Below, in pieces: positions 10,062 through 19,937 of a stretch of 62,714 nucleotides of DNA (position 1 is its first letter; each line of letters begins with the position of its first letter). The DNA is from an uncultured Clostridia bacterium. GTDB lineage: Bacteria > Bacillota > Clostridia > TANB77 > CAG-508. The notes beneath the pieces are model-generated. The model was not told the origin of the DNA. It made no database searches and was given only the letters and a program-made list of their open reading frames with translations. The position numbers were made by a program, and so were the translations under genes. The DNA is taken from contig CALXFC010000002.1 in the NCBI GenBank assembly GCA_944387485.1, positions 1-62,714 of the forward strand. The letters are read 5' to 3'.

Positions 10062-10486
10062 TATTTGGACTCCTTATTATCATTTTTTAAAATATCAGCA
10101 ATTTTAGCTAAATTAATTAAATTTGCATATTCATCCAATTTGTTTTTCTTACTATCTCTTAAATATGGTTTTAAAGAAGCAAGTAAATTACTTCTTGGAT
10201 CATTAGTGGTATTCATCTTTTCAATGATATTTTTTATTTTTATGATTGTGTTCATGTCAATATTACTGAAATCAAAAGAATTTTGAGTTGAAGTGCTAGA
10301 ATTTTGTTCATTATTGTTACTATTTCCTGAATTATCATTTTGATTATTCATCATTGAAGAAAAATTTTGCATTACATCAGGAGGAATTTGGGAAAGTAAT
10401 TCGGAAACGTTTCCATTTTTCATCATATTATTTAATTTATTTAAAGATTCTTGATCAATATTAAATTTATCATTCAAATAAATCAC
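10061..10486 (-). CDS. Hypothetical Asn/Ser-rich small protein
   Basis: A 141-aa ORF. The GTG at 10486 lies inside an AGAGGTGA Shine-Dalgarno-like sequence, so the TTG at 10477 is a plausible true start. Confidence 0.5.
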   Translation of the reverse strand: MIYLNDKFNIDQESLNKLNNMMKNGNVSELLSQIPPDVMQNFSSMMNNQNDNSGNSNNNEQNSSTSTQNSFDFSNIDMNTIIKIKNIIEKMNTTNDPRSNLLASLKPYLRDSKKNKLDEYANLINLAKIADILKNDNKESK

Positions 10487-10694
10487 CTCTATTTAAATAT
10501 ATGCGGATAGATAGCATCTATGAAATATAATATTAAACAAAATAAGAAATGTTACAAAATGTAATGAAAAATAAATATAAATGAAATAAAAAATTAAAAA
10601 AACTAAAAAAATTGAAAAAAAGAGTTTCCGTAAGGAATAATTTGTTAAAAATAAAAAATTTACATAAAAAGTTTATAAAAAGAACAGAAAAAGC

Positions 10695-10723
10695 TTGAAA
10701 AATCTAGCAAATCGGGTTATAAT
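10695..10723 (+). promoter_or_regulatory. SigmaA-type promoter of the first adhesin pair
   Basis: TTGAAA (10695-10700), a 17-nt spacer, then TATAAT (10718-10723). Confidence 0.6.
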
Positions 10724-10759
10724 ATTAGATAGAGGTATTATAAACTAAGGAGGTTTATT

Positions 10760-13700
10760 ATGAAAGGTAAAATTTTAAAATTTGTAACAGCAATGTTATT
10801 GGTAATTACTTTAACAATGATTAATTTCATTTATGTTGGAGTTGGCTTTGCTAGCTTAGCTGCAGAAAGCGTATCTACAAATCATAAGAATGTAGAATTT
10901 ACTGCAGATTTAAAAAGTGAGAACCTTTTAACAATAAGTGTTACAGTAAAAAATGAAGGATATTTTAATGGAGAGATTACTTTAGAAAATAGTAATTTTA
11001 ACCTAAAAAATTCTAGTAATGAGTATGTAAATAAAGTAGAAGGAAATAAGATAACTTTAAATCAAATAAATGCTGGAGCCACAGCTAGTTTTGATGTAGA
11101 GATAGAACTTATTAAATCTGATGTTTTTGATTCAGATTTATTAAATGCGGTATCTAATTTAAAACTAACAGGTATCTATAAAGATAGTACACAAAAAGAT
11201 ATAGATATTGAAGCAGTAAGAGAAATTAAATTAGAGTATACAGAAGATAATAAAGAAGACAATATAGAAAATGCAGTTGAAATAGTAACAAATAAAATAG
11301 TAAAGGTAAATGGAGAAGAAAAAAGGGTTATACAACTTTCTATGAATATGGGCTTAAAGGAAAATAAATATCCTATAAAAAACATAAAAGCAAATGTTAA
11401 TTTACCAGAAAATGAAGAATCTCCACAAATTATTACAAAAGTTAATTTTAATAACATGACACATTTTGAATATGAAGCTAATAATGAAAATATTGCTTTA
11501 CAATTAACAAATGAACCAAATGAAGAAAATAAAATATTATGGAAAAAAACAGGATGTGAAAACGTAATATTAACTTTAGTTTATAATAAAGATATTGATA
11601 TGGTGGGTAGTAAGTTACCAATTGAAGAAACGGTAACATTATATAATGATAAAGAAATTAAAGTTTCAAATACTGTTGAAATAGGAAGTGAAGAAAAAGA
11701 TTCTTTAATGCAAATTGTTAATTCTCCATCAGAAGAAACAATATATAAAGGAAAAATAAATTCTTCATTAGATAGAACATTTGAAACAACAACAAAATTA
11801 ATAGTAAATTTAGCTAATAGTGAAGATAGTGTATCAGTAAAAGAAGATCAAAGCGTTTATACTTTAGGTGATGGACAAACTATTGCAGCTAATGTGGTTT
11901 ATAACAAGACAAGTGTTGCTAAATCTGATTTTGATAAAATACTTGGACAAAATGGAAGTATATCAATATTTGATGTAAATGGAACAGTATTAGGTACAAT
12001 AACTTCATCAACAGTAGCGGATGAAAATGGAAATTTAGTAGTTGATTATTCAGGAACTGAACCAACTAATATAGAAATAAAAACAACTACACCGATATCT
12101 GAAGGAGATTTATTGTTCACACATACTAAGACAATAAAAGCTGGAGAAGAAGTAAATATTAAAAATGCAAATGGATTAGTAACAAAAGTGAGTATGGATT
12201 ATTCAACAGGAGTAACAGCTAGTTCAGAATCAACAATAAAATTAGAAGAGTCAAAAACAGAAGTAGCTTTAGAAGTGGATAAAGATTCTTTATCTACCGT
12301 AATATCAAATGATGTAGAAATTAGAGCTATATTAAAAAGTAATAATGAACAATACAATTTATTTGAAAATCCAGTAATTACTTTTGAATTACCAGAACCT
12401 GTAGAAAATATTACAATAAACAGTATAGATTTAGTATATGAAACAGAAATGTCAATTGCAAACTATACTGTAGAAGGAAGAAAAATAACTGTTCAATTAC
12501 AAGGAAAACAAACAAACTATAAGGATTCAGGAATAGAAGGAGCTATTTTAGTTATAGATACATCTATTGATGTAAATAAAAAATCAGCAACACAAGATGG
12601 AAAAATAGTTATGACACTTGAAAATAAAGGAGAAACAATTTCAGCAGAGAACAACATGAAAGTAGTAGCTCCAACAGATATGACAGTAATACACTCTATT
12701 TCAGATTTAGGAGTAGAGACTATAGGACAAGAAGAAAGAAAAGTAGTTAGTCTTGAAAGAGGAGCAAAAGCAAAAGACTTACAAACACAAATAGAGGTAA
12801 TAAATAATAATGAGAATGCTATGGAAAACGTAAAAGTTTTAGGAACATTCCCAACTAGAAGTGATGAAAACAATATAGATACAACTATAATAGAGCAAAT
12901 TAATGTTCAAGGAATAGATAATGCAAAAGTATATTATACAGAAAATGAAAATGCGACAGAAGATATACAAAATAGTGAAAACGGATGGCAAGAGACTATA
13001 ACAGATGGAACAAAAGTTAGAAAATATTTAATAGAGGTTCCAACATTAGCATCTGGAACAAGCATACTAGCAACTTATACAACAAACATACCTGCATCTT
13101 TGGAATACAATCAAAAGGCTGAACAAGATTACGTAGTAAGCTATCAGAACACATTAACAAAAGCAGCAAATCAAATGAAAGCTACAGAGATTAGCATGGA
13201 AACAGGGGTTGGTCCTGTTTTAGAAACGAAATTAACAGCAAGTGTAGCTGGAGAAAATAAAGAAAACGGATTAACAGTAAAGAATGGCGAAGTAATTAAG
13301 TATAAAATAGAAGTTTCTAATGTCGGTAGTGTTGATATAAATAATGTATTAGTAAAAGGTATGGTACCAGATGGAACAACATTAGTAGAGCCAGAAGATA
13401 ATTACGAATACACAGGATCATCTTATTATAAAGAGTTAGATAGTAGGACTTACGAAAATACAATAGAGCTTTTAAAAGTAGGAGAAAGTATAACTAGAGA
13501 ATATGAAGTAAGAGTTAATAATGATACTTCAGTAGGAACAAGCTTAGTGAATAAATCAAGTATAACATATGGTGATGTAACTAAAGAATCTGAAGAGTCA
13601 ACTTTAATTACAGAAAATGGAGATATACGTTTAACAGTAAAAAGAGTAACAGATAGAAGTGTTGATTTATATGAAGCTGGAGCAGTTCAATATTTAGCAA

Positions 13701-15571
13701 TTATAGAAAATATTTCTGATGAAACTCAAGAAGATATAACTGTAAAAACAAACTTACCAGATTATTTACAAGTTATTAGATTAAATTTAATGTCAAACTT
13801 AGAATCAGAAGAAGTAACAGATGAAGATCTTCAGGTACCAAATTCTGGAGAGGAAACAGCAGAAGAGCCTATGGAAGTATCAGAAGAAGAAATAACTTCA
13901 ACTGAGAGTGATGATGTTACTTCTGAAGAAATTGAATATCAGGATGAAATAAATATAGGTTCACTAGAACCTGGCCAAAACAAAGTATTGAGCTATGACA
14001 TGAAAATTAATAAATTAGATGATATTCAAGCAATGAACTTTTCTGTAACAGCAAATGTAGGAGAAGATGAATATCATTCAAATGTAGTTACAGATGAAGT
14101 AAGAAAGGTAGACATATCTTTATTAATGACAGCAGAACCAGACGGAAATTATTTAAAAACAGGAGATACAATTAAATATACAATAACTATTAAAAATAAT
14201 GGAACACAAGATATAAGCGGATTAATATTAAAAGATGAGATACCATCTAGTTTAACAGTAAATAAAGTTACATTTGATGGCACAGAAATTGCAGAATTAG
14301 CAGGAAACAATGAAATTGAAATAAGTGTGGATATTGGAGCAGGATCTGAAAGCATAGTAGAAATTGAGGCAGTTGTTAACTATTCTGAAGGAAGAACTGA
14401 AGCAGAAGCAATTACAAACGTAGCATATGCAGAAGTTTTAGCAGAAACTGTTGCTAAAACACCTGAAATTACACATATAATAGAAGCAAATGATGACCAA
14501 AATACAACAGGTAGTGGAGATAGCGAAAATAGTGATCCAAATGTAGCAAATGGTGATGGAATTATAACAGGTGTTGCATGGTTTGATGAAAATGCAAATG
14601 GACAAAAAGACAATGAAGAAGAGTTAATTAGCGGAGTAAAAGTTCAATTATATAATACACAAACAAATAGTTTAATAAAGAAGGAAGATGGTAATACATT
14701 AGAGGTAACAACTAATGAAAATGGTGTTTATGTATTAGATCACATAGCAAATGGAAATTATATTGTAATATTTGATTATGATGATTCAGCTTATAGTTTA
14801 ACAAAATATAAAGCAGAAGGCGTAAGTGAGACAAATAATTCAGATGCAATTATGAAAGAACTAAATATAGATGGACAAACAAATGAATTTGCATCAACAG
14901 ATATCTTGGAAATGAGTGAAGGAAATATATCAGATATAAATATAGGATTTGTAAAATTACAAAACTTTGATTTAAAACTTGAAAAGTTTGTTAGCAGAAT
15001 TGTTGTACAAGATTCTAGTGGAAGTACAGTAAGAGAATATGATGATGAAACATTAGCAAGAACAGAACTTGATGCAAAGAGAGTAAATGGAGCAACAGTA
15101 TTAATAGAATACAAAATTAGAGTAAGTAATGTGGGAGAAGTTGATGGATATGTTAGAAATATTGTTGACTATATGCCAAATGATTTAAAATTCAGTTCTG
15201 AGCTAAATAAAGATTGGTATCAAACACAAAACGGATTATATAATGCAAGTTTAGCAAATGATGCAATCAAGCCAGGGGAATCAAGAGAAATAACATTAAC
15301 TTTAACCAAAGATATGACAGAAAATAATGTAGGTTTAATTAATAATACGGCAGAAATTGAAGAAAGTTATAATGAGTTAGGATTAGCAGATATTAACTCA
15401 ACACCAGGAAATAGAGTAAATGGTGAAAATGATATGGGATCTGCCGACGTACTTTTAGGTATAAGAACAGGTGGAGCAATATATATTGGAGGAGCAATAG
15501 TGGCAGTTATAATTTTATCAGCAGTAGCTTCTATAATAATAATTAAAAGAAATAAAAAAGAAGAAATATAG
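10760..15571 (+). CDS. Giant surface protein A1 (1603 aa): signal peptide, Ig-like region, three DUF11-type repeats, SdrD-B-like domain, C-terminal domain and membrane anchor
   Basis: Signal peptide MKGKILKFVTAMLLVITLTMINFIYVGVGFASLAAE. DUF11-like motifs include VKNGEVIKYKIEVSNVGSVDINNVLVKGMVPDGTTL and GDTIKYTITIKNNGTQDISGLILKDEIP. The SdrD-B-like motif is GVAWFDENANGQKDNEEELISGVKVQLYN...NGNYIVIF. The tail reads STPGNR...IRTGG, then a TM segment, then KRNKKEEI. Confidence 0.8.
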   Translation: MKGKILKFVTAMLLVITLTMINFIYVGVGFASLAAESVSTNHKNVEFTADLKSENLLTISVTVKNEGYFNGEITLENSNFNLKNSSNEYVNKVEGNKITLNQINAGATASFDVEIELIKSDVFDSDLLNAVSNLKLTGIYKDSTQKDIDIEAVREIKLEYTEDNKEDNIENAVEIVTNKIVKVNGEEKRVIQLSMNMGLKENKYPIKNIKANVNLPENEESPQIITKVNFNNMTHFEYEANNENIALQLTNEPNEENKILWKKTGCENVILTLVYNKDIDMVGSKLPIEETVTLYNDKEIKVSNTVEIGSEEKDSLMQIVNSPSEETIYKGKINSSLDRTFETTTKLIVNLANSEDSVSVKEDQSVYTLGDGQTIAANVVYNKTSVAKSDFDKILGQNGSISIFDVNGTVLGTITSSTVADENGNLVVDYSGTEPTNIEIKTTTPISEGDLLFTHTKTIKAGEEVNIKNANGLVTKVSMDYSTGVTASSESTIKLEESKTEVALEVDKDSLSTVISNDVEIRAILKSNNEQYNLFENPVITFELPEPVENITINSIDLVYETEMSIANYTVEGRKITVQLQGKQTNYKDSGIEGAILVIDTSIDVNKKSATQDGKIVMTLENKGETISAENNMKVVAPTDMTVIHSISDLGVETIGQEERKVVSLERGAKAKDLQTQIEVINNNENAMENVKVLGTFPTRSDENNIDTTIIEQINVQGIDNAKVYYTENENATEDIQNSENGWQETITDGTKVRKYLIEVPTLASGTSILATYTTNIPASLEYNQKAEQDYVVSYQNTLTKAANQMKATEISMETGVGPVLETKLTASVAGENKENGLTVKNGEVIKYKIEVSNVGSVDINNVLVKGMVPDGTTLVEPEDNYEYTGSSYYKELDSRTYENTIELLKVGESITREYEVRVNNDTSVGTSLVNKSSITYGDVTKESEESTLITENGDIRLTVKRVTDRSVDLYEAGAVQYLAIIENISDETQEDITVKTNLPDYLQVIRLNLMSNLESEEVTDEDLQVPNSGEETAEEPMEVSEEEITSTESDDVTSEEIEYQDEINIGSLEPGQNKVLSYDMKINKLDDIQAMNFSVTANVGEDEYHSNVVTDEVRKVDISLLMTAEPDGNYLKTGDTIKYTITIKNNGTQDISGLILKDEIPSSLTVNKVTFDGTEIAELAGNNEIEISVDIGAGSESIVEIEAVVNYSEGRTEAEAITNVAYAEVLAETVAKTPEITHIIEANDDQNTTGSGDSENSDPNVANGDGIITGVAWFDENANGQKDNEEELISGVKVQLYNTQTNSLIKKEDGNTLEVTTNENGVYVLDHIANGNYIVIFDYDDSAYSLTKYKAEGVSETNNSDAIMKELNIDGQTNEFASTDILEMSEGNISDINIGFVKLQNFDLKLEKFVSRIVVQDSSGSTVREYDDETLARTELDAKRVNGATVLIEYKIRVSNVGEVDGYVRNIVDYMPNDLKFSSELNKDWYQTQNGLYNASLANDAIKPGESREITLTLTKDMTENNVGLINNTAEIEESYNELGLADINSTPGNRVNGENDMGSADVLLGIRTGGAIYIGGAIVAVIILSAVASIIIIKRNKKEEI

Positions 15572-15592
15572 AAAGAAAGGAGGGGATATGAA

Positions 15593-18500
15593 ATGAACAG
15601 ATTAAAGAAAATAGTAATAAGTATTATAGTAACATTAATAGCCATATTAGGATTTGCGACAATTTCTGAAGCATATTATGTAGGGCAAAATGTAACAATA
15701 ACAAAAAATCAATATTATAATAGTAGTAATATATTTTGTATGGAGCATGGACAGGCAATTAGTTCAGTCATGAGATTTAGAGTTATATCAAATGTAAGGA
15801 TTGAAGGAACTAAATCAACAGACCATACAGGTAAAACAATCGACCATTGGGATAATGCAAAATTTGCATATATATTATCTCAAAATAATGGATCAGTTAA
15901 GTGGACAGGACCTGTTGCAAATGCTATTTGGAACTTTGGATATACTTGGATGAGAGATGTAGGTCAAAATCATGCGGGATTGTATTTTGGATTTGCAGGA
16001 AGTAGAAGAGGTAATTCTACATGGATTGATCAAGCAGCTACTGATTATGCAAATCAAATTGTAAATGGTACAAATGCAACAGATAATACTAATAAAGATA
16101 ATATTCAAGTAGTAGCATATCAAAAAGATGGAAAATCTTACATGAGAATAGGACCATTTAATTGGACTTTTGGAGGAAAAATAACAAATGTAAATATCTA
16201 TGACCAAAATTCAAATCCTATATCAGAGAAATTATATAGTAGTTTCTCAGGAGTAACAGAAAATTTCTTTGATGCAAGTGGAATAAAATCAGGAACAGAC
16301 TTTTATATTTCAATACCAATAGATGGAAAAGTTACAAAGATAACTAAAGTTAGTGCTAATATGCAAATTGAACTTAAATGCGTAAATATATGGTTTTTAG
16401 AGTCAACTAAAGGCTATATGCAAAACATGTTAATAAGAGAGCCATACACTACTACTGATGATGTTGAAATAAGTTTTGACTATAATATTCCTACAACAGG
16501 AAATTTGAGAATAGTAAAAGTAAATAAAGATAATCATGAATTTAAATTACCGGGAGTAGGATTCAATATAATGAATCAGGATATAGGAAAATATGTAAAA
16601 CAAGATGAAAATGGTAATATTTCATATGTAAATACTAAAGAAGAAGCAACAGAGTTCATTACAGATCAAAATGGTGAAATTCATGTAAATAATTTAATAG
16701 TTGGTCACTATGTAGCTTATGAGACAAAAAATCCAAATTATGGATACGAATTTTTAACAGATGGACAAACAACACAGATTAATAAGGGGCAAACTACTAC
16801 TCTAACAATAGAGAACAAACAGATATATGTAAAATTATCAGGTATTGTATGGGTAGATAAGATATCAGGAAAGCAATCATATAGAAATGATTTATTTAAA
16901 GATAATGATTATGATGATGCAGATATCTTATTAGACGGCATTACAGTAAGATTAAAAGATAGAACAACAGGTGCAGTAGTAATGGAATCAACAACTGCAG
17001 ATGGTGGAGCATACTTATTTGTAGATGTTTTAATAGACAAATTACAAGATTACTATATTGAATTTGAATATGACGGATTAACTTATACTAATGTTATTCC
17101 ACATTTAGAGAATGAAGAAAATGGATCTAAATCTGCTGAAAATGCAGAAGTAAGAGATAGATTTAATAAGAATTTCAGTAGCATAGAAGGTGGAAGTACA
17201 GAAAGTACAGGTATAACACTTAATGAAAATGGAAGTAAAGTTCATGATTTAAGTTATAATTTAGATCAAAATGAACATAATGCAACATTAATTAATAATG
17301 GACAATATTTAATAACAGGAAATACTGATGAAACAGGATATAGTATAAGAGACAACTTCACATATGGTATGGAAGAAATAAAATGGATTAACCAAGGATT
17401 ATATGAAAGAGAACAACCAGATATAGCATTAATAAAAGACTTGGAAAATGTAAGAATTACAATTAATGGATATCAACATGTATATGAATATTCACAAAGA
17501 TTTGTAAATCAAGGTGAATATGGTGATGGATTCAATGTTGGAGTAAAATTTGGAAATAAATATGGATCAATGTCATACACAAGAGCTATTTATAAATCAG
17601 ATTATGAATATATAAACGAAGCAGATGCAAGTAAGGAATTAAAAGCATATGTAACATATAGGATATCACTAAGAAATGAATCTACAAATTTAGTTACTCA
17701 AATAAATAGTATAGTAGATTACTATGATAGTAACTATACTCTATTAAGAGCAGGTACTGCTTTAGATGAAAATGGAAGTATAACAGGTGAAGAACTAGTT
17801 CATACAGATACAGCATATAATGATGAGTATTCAAAAACAGTAATAGAAACTAATACTAGAGTAGAAGCTCAAACACAAGCTGATATCTATGTAGAGTTCC
17901 AATTAAGCAGAGAAAAAATTGTAACATTATTAAATGACGGAGAAGTTCTAAATAATGTTGTAGAAGTTAATTCTTATTCAGTATTTGATAAGAATGGAAG
18001 TGTATATGCAGGTATAGATGTAGATTCTAACCCAGCAAATGTAACTCCAGGAAATAAGGCAACATATCAAGATGATACAGATTCAGCTCCAGGATTTAAA
18101 TTAGAAGTTGCAGATAGTAGAACATTAGCTGGTAAAGTATTCTTAGATTCAACATCAGGAGAATTAATGACAGGAGAAGTAAGACAAGGATCTGGAGCTT
18201 ATGAAGATGGTGAATTAGGAATAGAAGGAGTACAAATTACACTGACAGAGAATACAGGAAGCGGAAAAGTTTATACTACCACAACAGATAGTAATGGAGA
18301 TTTCTTAATTACAGATTATATACCAGGTGATTATGTACTAACATATACTTGGGGAGATGAAACATATACAGTACAAAATTATAAAGGAACAGTTTATGAT
18401 AGTTCAAGAGACCAAACAAATAAACAGTGGTTTAAAGAAGATGTTGACACTAGAAAAACAGATGCTCTTGATGATTATGGATTAAGACAACAAATAGATG

Positions 18501-19504
18501 AAGAAATTAAGACAATTGATAATAATACACAGACAACAATAGATAAAATGAATTCATATACTCCTACAATGGGTATAGGAGTTGAATACGAGAGTGTATA
18601 TACAGCATCTTCAGGAGACAGGTACACTTATGAAATTAGAAATGTTGACTTTGGAATAGTAGAAAGAGCAAGACAAAAAGTAGATTTATCTAAGAGAGTA
18701 AAAACATTAAAAGTAACTCTTGCAAATGGCCAAGTATTTGTAGATGCAACTTTAGATGAAAATGGAAACATAACTGGTACAACAAATTACTTGTCTTATA
18801 TGAAACCATCAGAAAATTCTACACCACAAAATGGATATGTAAGAGTTGAGATGGATAACGAATTAATACAAGGTTCAACTTTAGAGGTTGGATATGAAAT
18901 TAAGACAACAAACATAAGTGAGTTAGATTATTTATCAGAAAACTTCTATAAATATGGAATTGTAGAAGGCAATGTTGTAACAATAACTCCAACAGCTATT
19001 ATAGATTACTTAGATAATGATTGGGCATTTGAAAATACAAGAAATCCAGATTGGGAAGTTAAAACATTGGATGAGATAAAAAATACTTTAGCAGAAGTTG
19101 TATATAATGATGAAAGTTCAACAATTAACGATAAAATTATCTTATATACAGAAAGTTTAAGTGATGAGAAACTTGAACCAGAGCAATCTGCAAGTGTAGA
19201 TTTAATAGTATCTAAGATATTATCAACAACTGAGGATATTTCATTAGATAATGAAACTGAAGTTAATAAACTTGATAAAACAGGAGGATCTAAACCACAT
19301 GAAATACCAGGAAATTATATTCCAGGTAGTGGAAGAACAGAGTCAGATGATAATATTGCAGAAACAGTTATTGTAGCACCTGCAACTGGTGAGAACTTAG
19401 CATTTATTATACCAACATCAATTGCAATAGTAGCTTTGGTAATATTAGGTATAGGAGTATTGTTAATTAAAAGAAACGCTTTAGGAAATAAAGAAGAAAA
19501 ATAA
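15593..19504 (+). CDS. Giant surface protein B1 (1303 aa): signal peptide, Cys-containing N-terminal domain, SpaA/Cna-B-like domain, two SdrD-B-like domains, sorting-signal-like C-terminus
   Basis: AGGAGG RBS. The SpaA-like motif is NLRIVKVNKDNHEFKLPGVGFNIM...GHYVAYETKNPNYGYEF. SdrD-B-like motifs include GIVWVDKISGK...GAYLFVDV and GKVFLDS...NGDFLITDYIPGDYVLTY. The C-terminus reads VAPATGEN, then a TM segment, then KRNALGNKEEK. Confidence 0.8.
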   Translation: MNRLKKIVISIIVTLIAILGFATISEAYYVGQNVTITKNQYYNSSNIFCMEHGQAISSVMRFRVISNVRIEGTKSTDHTGKTIDHWDNAKFAYILSQNNGSVKWTGPVANAIWNFGYTWMRDVGQNHAGLYFGFAGSRRGNSTWIDQAATDYANQIVNGTNATDNTNKDNIQVVAYQKDGKSYMRIGPFNWTFGGKITNVNIYDQNSNPISEKLYSSFSGVTENFFDASGIKSGTDFYISIPIDGKVTKITKVSANMQIELKCVNIWFLESTKGYMQNMLIREPYTTTDDVEISFDYNIPTTGNLRIVKVNKDNHEFKLPGVGFNIMNQDIGKYVKQDENGNISYVNTKEEATEFITDQNGEIHVNNLIVGHYVAYETKNPNYGYEFLTDGQTTQINKGQTTTLTIENKQIYVKLSGIVWVDKISGKQSYRNDLFKDNDYDDADILLDGITVRLKDRTTGAVVMESTTADGGAYLFVDVLIDKLQDYYIEFEYDGLTYTNVIPHLENEENGSKSAENAEVRDRFNKNFSSIEGGSTESTGITLNENGSKVHDLSYNLDQNEHNATLINNGQYLITGNTDETGYSIRDNFTYGMEEIKWINQGLYEREQPDIALIKDLENVRITINGYQHVYEYSQRFVNQGEYGDGFNVGVKFGNKYGSMSYTRAIYKSDYEYINEADASKELKAYVTYRISLRNESTNLVTQINSIVDYYDSNYTLLRAGTALDENGSITGEELVHTDTAYNDEYSKTVIETNTRVEAQTQADIYVEFQLSREKIVTLLNDGEVLNNVVEVNSYSVFDKNGSVYAGIDVDSNPANVTPGNKATYQDDTDSAPGFKLEVADSRTLAGKVFLDSTSGELMTGEVRQGSGAYEDGELGIEGVQITLTENTGSGKVYTTTTDSNGDFLITDYIPGDYVLTYTWGDETYTVQNYKGTVYDSSRDQTNKQWFKEDVDTRKTDALDDYGLRQQIDEEIKTIDNNTQTTIDKMNSYTPTMGIGVEYESVYTASSGDRYTYEIRNVDFGIVERARQKVDLSKRVKTLKVTLANGQVFVDATLDENGNITGTTNYLSYMKPSENSTPQNGYVRVEMDNELIQGSTLEVGYEIKTTNISELDYLSENFYKYGIVEGNVVTITPTAIIDYLDNDWAFENTRNPDWEVKTLDEIKNTLAEVVYNDESSTINDKIILYTESLSDEKLEPEQSASVDLIVSKILSTTEDISLDNETEVNKLDKTGGSKPHEIPGNYIPGSGRTESDDNIAETVIVAPATGENLAFIIPTSIAIVALVILGIGVLLIKRNALGNKEEK

Positions 19505-19540
19505 TTTATATGTAAAACAAAACATATAAGAATTTTGAAA

Positions 19541-19577
19541 TAGTATGATAGAAAATTTTCTATCATACTATTTTTTT
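19541..19577 (+). terminator. Rho-independent terminator
   Basis: A perfect 30-nt palindrome, TAGTATGATAGAAAATTTTCTATCATACTA, followed by TTTTTTT. Confidence 0.85.
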
Positions 19578-19875
19578 CTATAATAGAAGGATAACATCAA
19601 CCATAAAAAACAAACAAAAGTAAAAAAATTATGAAAGTGTTTGAGAAAAACATTTTTAGTTTTACAAAATATGAAAAAAGACAAAAAATGATTGATCTAA
19701 AAAATTGCTTATTATTTTCTATCCCTTTAAATCTTACGCAAATAATAAGTTTGACGTTTTTTTGATAAATATGAATAAAATGTAATGAAAATGTAAAAAA
19801 AACTTAATAAAAACTGTTAAATGACCTTCCCTAAATGCGAAAGAGATATTTTACCATATCAGGAAAAAATCCACA

Positions 19876-19904
19876 TTGAAATTAAACAGGAAACCTTGTA
19901 ATAT
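19876..19904 (+). promoter_or_regulatory. SigmaA-type promoter candidate for the fused A2-B2 gene
   Basis: TTGAAA (19876-19881), a 17-nt spacer, then TAATAT (19899-19904). This leaves a leader that includes the GGGGG RBS. Confidence 0.4.
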
Positions 19905-19937
19905 TAATATAAGATTAGTATATATGGGGGAAATGTC

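Noticed and set aside
15720-15935. Possible thioester (TED) adhesin domain at the B1 N-terminus. FCMEHGQ resembles the [YFL]C-hydrophobic-[DENQ] motif and VANAIWNF resembles TQxAIW. B2 has TCQNYG and VTQIWG.
   Set aside because: The Gln of TQxA(I/V)W is absent in B1. The Cys-to-motif spacing (about 60 aa in B1, about 30 aa in B2) is much shorter than in known TEDs. It is worth a structure prediction but the sequence does not support the claim.
19629-19765. A 44-codon ORF (MKVFEKNIFSFTKYEKRQKMIDLKN...) in the B1/A2 intergenic region.
   Set aside because: It has no Shine-Dalgarno sequence and its composition is typical of AT-rich spacer DNA.
19896-19924. Promoter-like TTGTAA, 17-nt spacer, TATATA just before the A2-B2 start.
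   Set aside because: The predicted transcription start would fall downstream of the RBS (19926-19930). I preferred the upstream candidate at 19876-19904.
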